Origin: Lingula anatina
Taxonomy: Eukaryota > Animalia > Brachiopoda
NCBI GenBank assembly: GCA_051362555.1
Contig: CM120640.1
Coordinates: 55,654,788 to 55,718,787 of the forward strand
DNA: 64,000 nt
Direction of reading: 5' to 3'
A program made the position numbers and the translations under genes. The notes below the pieces were generated by a model, which saw nothing but the letters and a program-made list of their open reading frames with translations, searched no databases and had not been told where the DNA came from. Within the stretch, counting starts at the first letter, position 1; the number at the start of each line of letters is the position of its first letter. Of this stretch, positions 51,597 through 64,000 are shown piece by piece.

Positions 51597-54500
51597 GGCC
51601 ATTCAGAATGAGAACAGCCGAGTGCTAGCTGGTCCATGGCCTAAATATTGCAGACCTACATGAAAGGAAAACTACTTAATCCCATTTTGGTCTCTCCCCA
51701 CGCCTCCCCACACATCATCCCTGTCGGGGCACAGTACTTAAATCTCGGCTCAGTTCGACCGGTCAAGGGACAATGTGTGGGGAGGCGTGTGAGAGGCAGA
51801 GAGACCATTCTAGGATTAAGATCGGCACAATGTTGAAATTTTGATCCCCACGTCCCTTTGTTGTTCCCAGTATCATGGACTTATAAAATACACATAATGA
51901 ACATATAAAAGAAGCATAGACTTCCAGTAATGCATGAAAACCACTTCTACTAGTTTCTTATGCAACTAAAATAAAGTTGACCTGCCAAATGTTAAACCTA
52001 ATTAATATCTCATTCAGCCAAAAAATAGCTTTTGACATGGTGTTTGGTCAGGTTTTGTGGAAAATTTTGACTTTAAATGCATCTTTAAGCTTACATAATT
52101 ATATCAAGGGTAATCACCTTGTAGAAAATAACATAATATCAAATGTATTACCTAGATGGTAATACATTCTTTATTATATTTATAATAGCTTTGAAATGGG
52201 TATTTAAAAAGGATCATTTGAGGTATGTGGTATATGACAACACTTGCTGAAGTCATTTGTTGCAAGTGTCTGGAAATGTAAGCAACTCTACTCAAAAATT
52301 GTCATGAAAATCATACTTATAACAGTTGGTTAGTTTCATGGAAATCATGGTTTTATTTTCTGGAAACTTCATCTCTTATTATGCCCCAAACTTATTAAGA
52401 AAGTAAAAATTGCATTTTAATTCCCTTTTCCAGCAGGAATGATGAGAGGAAGAAACTGCTATCGACTAGAAATGCCATGAAAACCTTATTTTTATTTGTC
52501 AGTTAGATGTAAATAGTATTAGTTTCTGTTGCACGTTCATTCTTCTTGTATGACCAGACATTAGTAAAATGTACATATAATACATCTTAAGAAAAAAAAA
52601 ACATTTGCTGCTGATGCCTCATGTGCATCTGACACATTAATAATAATAATAATAATAATACAATAAAATAAACATAATTTTAGCACACTATTCATGTTCA
52701 CTTTTATTGATATTCATCTGTTTGATGTTGACAGTTTGATACAGTTTATGTACATATTCCATTTTCAACATCCATGTTATGGCATTAGTGCATTACAGGG
52801 TAGCCTGCACATTAGCAGGACAACTGAATGTACATGACCTATTTGCTGGTCAATACATCTGTAGGAGCTACAGTTTCTGCAGGCATCCGTGCTTTCTAAT
52901 ATTCCCCCGAGGAAGATGAGTTCTGTTAGTAAAGTAGCTGGTAGATCAATGTTAAAAGAGACTGGTGCATATATTGTGGGAAGGATGATAAGTTGCTCAA
53001 TGCTCCATCTGAAAGCTGTAATCCTCCAGCGTTACAGGTACGTTTTGGTATCTATAGATGCTTTATCAATGTGTGATATTCAGTGTTATAAAATTTATTT
53101 GCTCCATTGTCAATCCATTCTAAATGTTGATGAATGGGGATCAAGATGGTCAAAATATCAATTATGTTTGTAAACATTCATCAATCCTCCAAAGAAAATA
53201 ATATTCTGGCATTTGACTTGATGGGTTGTTCATTTTGGAAATGCATGTAAGTATATAAGTGCTAAATATGTGATTGATTTCCTTTTCATTTCAAAACAAA
53301 GAAATACCAAAACAGTGATCATTTATGATTTTGAGGAGTCAATAGAAATTCCGACTCTTTGGGAGCCTCAATTTTCATTTTGTGGTGGATGCATTTATTG
53401 TATGGAACAAACAAAAATAGAGCAAAACATTTTTAGTCAGATGATTACACAGCTCATACCAGCACCTGTTCCATGCAGAGCAAACAGAGGAAAAGTGTGT
53501 TCCCTATTTCTGGAGACTAGATGATTTATTCACAACAATGCATCATAGAGAGCACCTCTCCTTTTCTCGAGGCCTGGAGTGTGAGTGCTCCTGGAATAAT
53601 ATTCTTTAGCATTTCTTAGGGCCCAGAAGCTTCTTGTTGCAGCTCTCTTGGGAAAGCATTGGAAAGGCACTTCTCTGAAAGCATTCATGGTTTTCTCTTG
53701 GTGGCTCTGCTGGAGTGAGCTCTTAGATCAATCATCTTTATCCTGTGGAGTGCATGCAACAATGTAACAAAGTGACTGACTCACAGCATTTAGCTAAAGT
53801 GGATTGCATCAACACCTTAGCTTTAGATCCACATCCATGAACCAATGCTGTTTACAGGTAACATTTTTGGAAGACAGTTGCATCTTCTCATTTATTATGA
53901 TGATGGGGATAATATGATAGATATTCACTTTATAGTCAAGTAAGTTTAAAAGGAACACTTTTAAAAATTGTTGGTAATTTTCAAAAAAATTTAAATTTCA
54001 TTTTTTAAAGAATATATTATTGTTACATACTCAAAGTGGTGCTTTGTGTAATGCAGCAAATGCATATTTATTTATTAAAAACAGGCTTTATTTGCTCATA
54101 TTAGTTTGTGCTCTCTGTCGTGAGTAACATAAGAATCTTGTAAAATGTATATAATTGGGAATGATATAACAAACTGTTTTATTTTTCTGCAAAAGATTAA
54201 AACAAACAAAGGTACATTTTAAGTGAGTTTCAGCAAGGAACTCCTTTTAATATATGGTGTTGACAGAAAAACTGGGTTAATGAATTATAATTTCAGGTCA
54301 GAACAATAATTTATATGTATTTTACAAGCAACTGCTTGGTTTATTGTACCTGTCATGAAAGATTTTGAGCATGACACCAAAAATATAAAATATTGACAAG
54401 AATCACAGTATGATTATACTTACTGAATGTGACAATGCAGACATATGAACACAATATGACAGAACTCACCATCTAGGAAGTTTTTCCTCAAATCCAAATA

Positions 54501-57339
54501 TTGAAATGTCAGAGGAAACCATTTCATCTACTTGATTTCCTGAAGGAGACTTGATTTTATCTTTGGAAATATCAAATTAAATTTTTTTTAGAAGTAAGGC
54601 TTATGTAAGTATGTTGTTTGTAGAAGACAAAATGCATTTTGGCAGTTTTAAGGTAGCCAATATCTACATGTAGCAAAGTATGCTTTGAGCAATGGTTGTT
54701 TTCTCCAGTTATTTTGCTTTGTAAGCAGTTGTAAAATCCTAATGTAAGTGGTTTGAACTAAATGATTACTGTAAGGTACGGGTATTCTTGGTCTTATTCT
54801 AAGGAATGGGTATTCTGAATGCATGCCCATGAAAAATTGAGCTATGGCGAATGATACTTTGTTTCAGTGTGATATAACGTGATTTACATCAATTTAGACA
54901 TCATTGGGTTTCTGAGCAGATCACTGTATTTGCCAAGTTTGTTGTAGCCTTTAAATAGGTGGTTATAGGAACATTCAAACAACAGGTTTAGGGATATCTT
55001 GCATATAGATAGATAAAAAAAAGTTACCAACTGGTCTAAAAATTTTTAAGTCACTAAACACACCCTTGATATGGGCATGGCTTATACATGCTGCATGTAC
55101 AGAGCAAATTTCTGGAATATTGATAGAATAGCTTTCATGCAGTTACCATAGATATTGCACATTTTGTACACCATCCTAATAACTTGTTTCAGTCCTCAAC
55201 TCATAATTAATACCATAAGAAATATTAAACAAGACAGCAACGTTAAACTTGTACTGGCATTCCTTTCTTCCTTTATTAGCTGCAGCAATGGGACTCTTTT
55301 GTTTTTCAGTTGTGATGGAAATCTAACAGCCGTTGGGACAAAACAGGTTGCATCTTGTTGTAGAAAATCCATCTGGAGAGGAAATTATGTAGATAATCAT
55401 ATTGACTCATGATCTGCTTCCAATGTATCCTAGATACTGTGCTGAACAGTGGTATTGCCCATATTTCTTTTCACCAGAATAGAAAGGCCTCAAGATTGCC
55501 TGAGCTATTCATTTGTAATATTCTGCTCATTTTTCATATTGGATGACTATTCTATTATTAGTTACATGTTGGGTAAACTATTTAACTATGTATGAGAAGA
55601 ATTCTAAGTGTTGACAAATCTAAAACTAATGAAACTTGATAGCATAGCCTGTTGATTTTTTTAAAGGGGGGGGGGGGTATTATGATGATGCACACAATTG
55701 GGATACAATATGTTCTATACTTTTTTTATTTTCTCTTCAAGGGGTGGATATTTATGCTTGGCCTATAATTTTTTCTTCAGAAAAGTAAACAATTCTTCTT
55801 CTGACTTAGTATAAATTAAATGCTTTAGCATAATCAAAATTCTTATGCAAAATATCAGGCCTGCCACAAACTCTTCTCGCATATATTTGCTGCACATATG
55901 CTGCTAAAGGAAAATATGCAATCCTGCCACAACTTTGGTGTTTAAGGGGCTTTGAGTAATTCTCTCACATTTAGGAAAAATAAATTGGTACAAAATGTAA
56001 TGGTTGCTCATGATGTAGATTTGGATGGTACCAAACCTTTTATTTGTACTGCCTATGATTTTAGACCAATTTTAATTTTACTTAAAAGTATTAAGTACAG
56101 AGAAAATTGTGATGTTCAAAAAGCAATAAGAGACAACTTATTTATTTATTTATTTTTTACTGATACAAGACCAGATAATAGAGAACATCAAGAAACTGAA
56201 AACAACAATTTCACCCCAAAGTGCTGACATCATCAACAAAATGACCATACTGTACCTCACACCTCCTCACGCATTGTCCCTCAACCGGTTGAATTGAGCC
56301 AAGATTTAATTACTGTGCCCTTGCAGGGACGACACGTGGGGAGGCGTGTGAGAGGTTGAGAGACAAGATTAAGTGGTCTTCCTTTCATGTAGGTCCGCCA
56401 TGTTTAGGTTGCGGCCTTACTAGCACATAGGACTGATGTGACTGGAATGATAGTCCTAGAAATGGAAGCCTGGGGTAGGTACCCTATGATTAGTACAGGT
56501 TAGGGTTAGTCAGAGTACTGGGACAAATGTCACCTGTACAAAGTAGTGGGGAACAGTCTACGACTCCTAGTGGACTACCATTCTTGTGACACCAGGATTC
56601 TGAGCAAAATGTGAGGCTTAACATGATGCAATTTTCATTTTCCATTTTATCCTCCATGGGCCTCAACTTACACATTCAAACCCATTGGACTTTGACTGAA
56701 AGAAACTGCATATACACCTGGAAACATTTTGAAAAGGACATCATGAGGAGATAATTGACTGTAATTTGAATTATATTTATTTAAAAATGGTTTTCCTTTG
56801 GATTTGTCAACTTACAAATGTGGGACAGATTGTTGTGAAAAAAATTGGAAATTATTAGCAGTGTAACGACTGGAATTATTATGAGGTATAGAAATGTTAA
56901 TGGTTTTTGGCATCAACAAAAATATAATTTCATTTTTATTTATGGGTGTTACATAACTATAAAGATAAGCACATTCCCATGCCATTCACTATCTCCTAGA
57001 AGTGGATCATACTGAGCATATGATGAGCATACTCATCATCTGCAGAGAAATCCCCTCTGTCAACCTCAGATTCATTGTTACTGTCATGGTTTTGACTGTT
57101 CATGTCACTTTCAAACTATGTGGATTCTAAGGTGTACTTTTGGCTCAAATTGCTAAGGAAAAATTTCTATATCCACGGCTATGTCTTCAAAAGCAAAAAT
57201 CAAATGAAAAAAATGCTCTGAGGTTACCAGATCACAAGATTTTATGCTAGCGGGGTTAGTCATTAAGTCGTTAAGGATATTGTCGCCCTTCTCCCAAAAC
57301 TCCTCATTTACTGCCTTACATATATTCTTTTGGGTAATA

Positions 57340-58285
57340 GTCCAGTGACTAAATTAATTAACATCTACACATATGTCATTTTATGGGTGATGTCATAATT
57401 GTGATTTTGGGGTAAAAACCAAAAAAAATGGTTTCTCAAATTTCTCTTTTACTTGATCACTCATGATCACAGTTATAATGCTGATTTAATGACACCACTT
57501 AGTACTCCAAAACCCTGCCAGTGATTTTTTAAGTCTTAGTTCAGATTTATCATTGATAAAGCAAAATAATGCCTTTGTTTAATGAAAATCTGTAATAAGG
57601 GTCTCATAACTCCATAACAAAAATATTTAAACCAAAATGACACCACGGATTGTAGCCCATACGCTCATGGTCAACTCTGCCAATTTTTGTGAAAAAAAAC
57701 CTTGTTCTGGGATGAAGTTACACACATACTGATTGCTATCTCACCTCAAAACAGAAAGGTGTTAAATTGATGATTAAAGCTTTGAGTTGCCCATGCTTAT
57801 ACATTGCAACAAGAAATATAAATGCCAATATTTTATATTTTTGAATGTTTATTTATTGTTTTAAATCATCACAAAGATAGATGCATTACTGAATAATTTC
57901 ATGCAGAAAAAATCTCATTTTTGGTATCTGGATAATAATAATAAAGGGTTACGATACCTATAAAGAATTGATTAGACAGGAAAATGGCTTCAGGAGGATT
58001 TGAACCCCTCAGGTAAGAAAAGTGAATGGCCATGGGTTGTTATCGGGAGTTTGGAAACTCATATTACAGGTAGATAATGACACCTCAGTTTGATAGCTTA
58101 ACCTGTTTGTTCCCTCTGCCTGTGAGATGGTATGATCATGCACCTGTCATCCAACCATGTGACTGCATGGCTCATTAACTACCAGACCTAGCGAAAAGAA
58201 CACATTTAAAGCTCGATATTTAAAAAAAGGAAATTCCAGTTTGAATATTTTGATAAAGAAATCATAAATTGGGCATGTTTTCTAC
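57340..58285. repeat. Interspersed repeat; left part matches 51150-51596, right part matches 6255-6545
   Basis: Shared caggtaaga...tacaggtagataat...ccagacctagc...ttgggcatgttt blocks. Confidence 0.65.
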
Positions 58286-60283
58286 ATTATATGCAACATT
58301 CAAATCATTCATATAGTAGTCTGTTGCAAATTCTATAAATATGTTTTTATGAGAAAAGAATTATTTGGATTATTCAGGATACGCGACAGCAGGGAATATT
58401 TAATTTCACAGTTATGAAAAATGATTGTCACTTAAAACATTTAGATGCATGTATCATTCAGAGAAACAAAGTATGTCCATCAGAAAAAGCATGAAGTCTC
58501 TAATTCTCTAGGCACTTGAGTATTCTCTAGAAATTTCTTTGAATTGAGGCCCTGTAACTGTCAGAAGAACCTCTGCTGTTGTAGACGTTAAAGCAGTGCA
58601 GTCTAAAAATAATGTCTTCCTATTAAATAAGATATACTCCTGGAATATATTTTAACATTTAACTTTTTTATTTGAATGAATTATTTTTGCTGTACTATGC
58701 TAAAAGGCAAATGGTGCTTCATTATTACTATATGTAGGTATTTTGGAAAAGAGTATTCTAGAGAAATGATGAGGTATGTTCTATGTATTTTTCTTTACAA
58801 AACATTATATAACTCCTTATTTTTGACTGCCTGATCAACTTAATTTTTTGACACTATTGTTTTTAAGATAAAAACAAACATCAACTCACAAAGGATTATT
58901 TTATAGAACAAAGTAACATAAGTACAAGAGCTACATGTAGTATATCAATTTATTTCAATCATCCTTAACAGTTTTCTTTTTTTGAAGGACATCCAAAATG
59001 TTAGCTTTGAGACCGTCAAGAGTTTTAGATTCCCTTGCACCTTAAGGACTTTAAGATTCACTTTCACCATTTTGCAGTATAAGATTCATGTATCCACGCA
59101 CAGTAACAGACATACTAATCAAAAAATTTTGAACCATAAGCTCCCAAGAGATCTGTGTGTTAATCTAATAGGTATTACTTACAGAAGAAAAGGTCTTGCA
59201 AATGACAGTTGCATTAGGTAACTACTCATTGAAATTGGTATTTTGCATGTTTTCTTCAGAAAATTATGACTTGTGTTGAAGTATATTTTCATGTCTATTG
59301 TTGATTACAGTTGTGGTGGATACATCATAGATATATGTTGTTTAATCACATAGAGTACAGATTACTGAATGTTTTATAAATTTATACAAAATTGTTTGAA
59401 ATTATTTTTGTATGACTGGTGACCTTAATGATTTTGGTACAAAGTTTCTGATTGAAGTGAATTTTTTCTGCATTGAATCTAGCACTGTTTAGATATTATG
59501 CTTATAAGGGGTCCAGTTTTATACTTTTATACTTCTTTATAGTGAATTTTTCTGCATTGATGGATATGTGCATTAATGGTTGCATTTTAATTTCTCGTGT
59601 CTCTTATATTACTGTTAAATTTTGCTTCTGTCAAGTTGATCAAGAGTTACAGGGTTAATACACAAAAAAAGTCTTAAGAGTAGCTTTTGATAACTGGGAA
59701 ATGGTTGATAACTGGTTTAGTATTGTAAGTTAGCTGGAGTATGGTGAACTGATTGATTATTTTTTCTCAAAGTGACCCATATTTTAGTGTAATGCAATGC
59801 CCTTGAAAAATGTATTATTTTAATTCCTTAGTAAATGGTGAGGTTATTTATATCATATCATCTTGTAATATTAGTAGGATATCCCTGATAATGGTCGTCT
59901 AACATCATTCAACTGTCTTTGATCCAACAGCTGCTTTGGTTAGATACATATGATGTCATCAGTAATGAATTACTCCCAAGCAGACAATAAACAATGGACT
60001 CAACTACCCATTGCTGTTTCCTTGATTCCAGACATTGTGTCATTTAGGTTGAAGCAAAGATCACACTTAATTTGAATGAACTGCATATCTGAAGTGTAAT
60101 GATGTTGAAGGAAATCTAGGACTATTTTGGTCATTTTGGTCAATGAGGAGAGATGCAATCTATATGTCATATAATTTGAACATTTTGGATTGTCTTTTTC
60201 GACATGTACAAGCTACAATCTAGAGGAATTTCTTGTTATATTCATAATGCCTGTAAAATTTGTTTCTCCTCACATGATCTAAT

Positions 60284-60614
60284 TACAGAGCTTTTAAAGG
60301 GGCATGACAAAGAAAAAAATTTTTCATTATTCGAACACAACTATATTAATTGGGAGGGAATGCAATGATTTTTACATTCATATGCAATTTTTGCAAGGTA
60401 ACATAATGATTTTTAAGTTTGAACGCAATATTTATAAGGGAACACAATCATTTTTATCTTGGAAGACAATATTTGCAATGAGACACAATCATTTTTACAT
60501 AAGAATGCGATCTTAATCTTTCACTCAAAGATGGTGACAACCTCGTCTTAATGTAACAATTACATTCAAAGGTTGAATGTTTTTTCTTTTGCATGTCCCT
60601 TTAAAAGCTCCGTA
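60284..60614. mobile_element. MITE with TAC(G/A)GAG termini and 6-bp TSD
   Basis: TIR tacagagcttttaaaggggcatg / catgtcccttttaaaagctccgta; tctaat at 60278-60283 and 60615-60620. Confidence 0.75.
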
Positions 60615-61067
60615 TCTAATTACATGTGTCATTTCATTGGTGGCTGAAGCCCTGACTTAATTTCATTAGACATAATACCAAATATATTAGGGGTAATTTG
60701 GAAAGAAGAAGTTATGATCAGAGTCAGGCTAACTGCACATAATAAAATTAACAAACCTGTTATTATATAGGTATGTTGTTATTTATACAGCATGTCATCA
60801 TATGGTGTAATAAAGTCAACTTGTTATTTTACTGACCTTTGGATTAGTGAATATAATGCTTTAAAAATTGCTCTTGGGGCAATCATGATATTCACAATGT
60901 GTTAAAGCTGATGTCAAGGTACGTATGCTTTGACAATTGGTAAATAGACATTTAAAATATTCTAAAATATAGGATGGGTTATTGAATGTACAGTATTTGT
61001 GCATTCACCTATGAGTTAAGTTTGATATGATTTGGTATAACTTATATTATCTGTTCTTTTCAGCTGA

Positions 61068-61311
61068 ATGTCAAATTCATCAAGACAAGGCATAAGATAT
61101 GTGCGATTGAGAATGGCTTCCAATAATGAGTTGGATGTTGACACAGATGGAGAGCCAAGTGGTTCTCACATTCTCTCACATGAAGAAGTAGAGATGACCC
61201 ATTTGATGGCAGATGTTGAGACAAGCAAATCTGGCATTGATGCCAAGGGGAATAGTTTGGCCAGGCAGCGAGCCAAAGCACCGGAATCGGACCATGACTG
61301 GCACCAATATG
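61068..61311 (+). CDS. Probable first coding exon of an unidentified gene continuing beyond the window
   Basis: Strong acceptor ctgttcttttcag ending at 61063, ATG at 61068, 81 open codons of natural acidic composition (MSNSSRQGIRYVRLRMASNNELDVDTDGEP...DHDWHQY), donor G|gtatga. Confidence 0.6.
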
Positions 61312-62461
61312 GTATGAAATGTCTTATCTTTTTAGATTACGTTAAACCTAAAGTAGATAAGTATCTGTTGAACACATTTTTTAACTCTCAGAATTTCAAA
61401 TTACAATAAAAACTTCACATGGGAATGGAGCCACTGTGAAGATTTGTTTGTAACATTTTGTTTGGCATTTGTATTTATCATGAAAAGGGTCTGCTGGAGG
61501 CTGATGGTACTCAACAAATAAGGGTTTTGTGTTATAAAATCGATCTTCTGCTGTGCTGGTCTTTCACCTCCATATCTGGGAGCAGCAGATAGCACTTAAC
61601 TCCAGGTTATGAACTTCAATAAATGCAATTATCTTATTGGGTGGAACACATCGTGACCATGGTGACTTTTAAAGAGCACTGTTTGTGGGAAGCTTTATGT
61701 GCATATGCTGTCTTTTGAAGGAATTCTGAAGGAACACTTTAATGGACCAGGGAAAAAATAGAAACTAGATGACTGTAATACTCACACTGAAGCCATTGGA
61801 GTGCATTGTACACTGTGATGGGACTTGGATCAGACACTAGACTAGTGCAAGAGCTACATCAGCACTGTAGTGTCAAAGTAGGTCAATTGCCAGGCAGAAG
61901 ACGAAGAACTAATTTGAAGTTTCGAAATTCAAAATGCTAATATTAATAGATGACAGTGTAACTGGATCCAACCTATTAAGCCATGTTGCATCACAACAGT
62001 CTAACAGTGTTTAGAAAAGATTGAATAGACTCTACAGAAGCACACTGTCCAGTACATGTATACCCCTGTATATGTGAGTCTGTCATGACAAGCCAGGTAC
62101 AATTACCTTGCATACCCAAAACAAACTTTCATATGCCAAAAGTAGTTTTGTCAAAAAGCAGTACTCTCTATATAAGCATAAATGATTTATTTTTATAAGT
62201 GCTAAATGCAGATGTATTTTAGCTATTTTTGCTCACAAAATTTGCCTCTGACACCACATGTGACTGTGTACTGTTGGCTGCCGAAGGTGGATTATGATAA
62301 AACTTATGTTAATATATTAAAAATTATGTTTTCAAGCTTATTTTGATAACTTAAACACACCTCTGGTCTTTCATGTCTGATTTGATTGCAGGGCTAAATT
62401 TCATGTTTGTATCCCTAATGTTTTACGTTTCAAGAAGTGTACTAAAAGAGTCTGCTTCCTT

Positions 62462-62492
<31 letters not shown>

Positions 62493-63090
62493 GGGAGGGG
62501 CGGATAACTTCACAAACATACTTAGAAAAAAGTCAGTTTCAATTATATGAAAATTAAATACCCAATGTAAATGCTATCCTGCCACATACTTTCATAAAGA
62601 TTTTTATTTAAAGTTAAACTTTCAACTTTCCTTCTCAACAAGCTAAATAAAACTTTCGAAAGATAGGTACCAGGCTGTCAGGTTTGATGTAACCGAGGCA
62701 CGACAAAAAATGTATTGTCCTTTTAGAAAAATCTTTATTCGTACTATCTACACAGCCGATCACTGGTGTATCTCACTTTGAATTACGCGCCAACCGCTTT
62801 TATAGTCCAGGGTCACATGACCCACGTGACATAAAAAGGGCGCTAACACCAGTATGCATATTCATATCACATATTTATATACAAGAGCTATTTATAATAA
62901 GGCACTTATATCAATGTACGCTACAATATACTATTACATATATATATATTTATACCTGTGAATACATGAAATACATGTACCCTATTACATGTGCCCCCCC
63001 AAAATTAAATGGCGTCCCGCCATTGATTATACTGTAAAATAACTGTGGATGAGAAAATTACAAAAAAAAATAATATTACAATTATAGTAA

Positions 63091-63341
63091 ATTAAAACAC
63101 ATTACCCCCATCGTATGTGAGCACTCCAAGTTCACACAGTACAAACACACAAGCAAACGCAACCTTTCTCACAAGGAAACGCAATACTATTACTTGGGTT
63201 TATGGAGGAAAATGATTAAAATTACTCCCATCTTATGTGAGTACGCCGAGTTCACACAGTACAAACACACAAGTAAACGCAACCTTTCTCACAAGGAAAA
63301 GCAATAATATTACTTGGATTTAGGGAGGAAAATAATTAAAA
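63091..63341. repeat. 120-bp tandem duplication in the retrotransposon 3' UTR
   Basis: gttcacacagtacaaacacacaag at about 63130 and 63250. Confidence 0.85.
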
Positions 63342-63415
63342 ACAGTGCAATTGCTGTAGCATTTTTATTTTCATCAATTAACATAAATCATAAAATACAA
63401 GTTATAATTTAAATT

Positions 63416-64000
63416 TCAACTTTCCTTCAATAATTCCACCATCTGTTTGAACATATTTTCACTAGATTGAATGAATGTACGGTAAATGTCAAGTAACCTA
63501 GACGCAGATGTGGACCGTCTTTCTGGTACAATCTGTGAAAACACATAATTCCCCTCTTCCATCCACTGCGGACGTCGTCTAGTGCGTGTGGACCGCCTAG
63601 GCTGGACTGGTGTATCATTTTCCTGCACATCTTCACCTTCGCTTTCCACTTGCGATTCTTGCTCACTGTCGTCCTCTCGATCCTCCTCCTCTACGCTAAC
63701 CCTTTCATTACTACCGTCTTCATCAGGGATCATTTGTTCAGACCCATATCGTACAACATAATGTACCCCAGAAGAATCATCAGAGTCCTCTGTTATCTCT
63801 GAAAATTCATTCTCGTGTCTGGGTCTACAGGTACTTACCTTAGTGATCTTCTCTTCCCGCAAATCCATGGGGAAAATCAAAGGTAAAAGCAAATTCCTAT
63901 GAACATTTTTTATGTCCCCTTTTCCATTTTCTTGTCTGATCATATACACTGGTATATTAGAGTCATTCTGGCCAACAATCACATATACCTCTTTTCTCCA
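63416..64000 (-). CDS. Gypsy Pol polyprotein C-terminus (post-integrase region), 5'-truncated by the window
   Basis: W-x-x-x-x-YVIV...PVYMIRQENG...VHRNLLLP motif, followed by an acidic linker and PRRSTRTRRRPQW, typical of Gypsy integrase tails. Confidence 0.85.
   Translation of the reverse strand, partial: WRKEVYVIVGQNDSNIPVYMIRQENGKGDIKNVHRNLLLPLIFPMDLREEKITKVSTCRPRHENEFSEITEDSDDSSGVHYVVRYGSEQMIPDEDGSNERVSVEEEDREDDSEQESQVESEGEDVQENDTPVQPRRSTRTRRRPQWMEEGNYVFSQIVPERRSTSASRLLDIYRTFIQSSENMFKQMVELLKES

Larger units (their letters stand above)
62688..64000 (-). mobile_element. Gypsy-type LTR retrotransposon, 3' end (3' LTR 62688-62989)
   Basis: The LTR is bounded by tgtaa/ttaca, with minus-strand TATAAAA (~62798) and AATAAA (~62734). 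A G-run polypurine tract is at 62994-63000, and the pol C-terminus lies upstream. Confidence 0.85.

Noticed and set aside
57985-58012. tRNA B-box-like ggttcaaatcc on the minus strand
   Set aside because: No A-box or cloverleaf; it lies within an interspersed repeat.

Overview
AT-rich animal genomic DNA. It is probably from a lophotrochozoan invertebrate such as a mollusc, inferred from the repeat landscape. The ORF track is mostly noise because the genes are spliced. Two genes can be rebuilt by hand with canonical GT-AG introns and consistent phases. NDUFB4 (complex I B15 subunit, 3 exons, 125 aa, minus strand, 13301-16439) lies head-to-head about 220 bp from a Polycomb Scm/SCMH1-SCML2 orthologue (plus strand, CDS 18621-31185, 642 aa, 2xMBT + SLED + SAM). 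The main finding is in Scm: two paralogous, intact 89-nt exons (21942-22030 and 24319-24407) both encode the N-terminal arm of MBT repeat 2. Using both or neither gives an early stop, so they look like a mutually exclusive exon switch inside a histone methyl-lysine reader. A spliced 33-codon uORF ends 1 nt before the Scm start codon. The rest is dominated by non-autonomous Helentron-type (HINE/DINE-1-like) elements, some nested with matching empty sites and one with a 161-bp internal satellite. There are also hAT-like MITEs with 5- and 6-bp TSDs, a deleted hAT transposase, a Tourist-like hairpin, an unidentified first coding exon at 61.1 kb, and the 3' end of a Gypsy LTR retrotransposon at the right edge.
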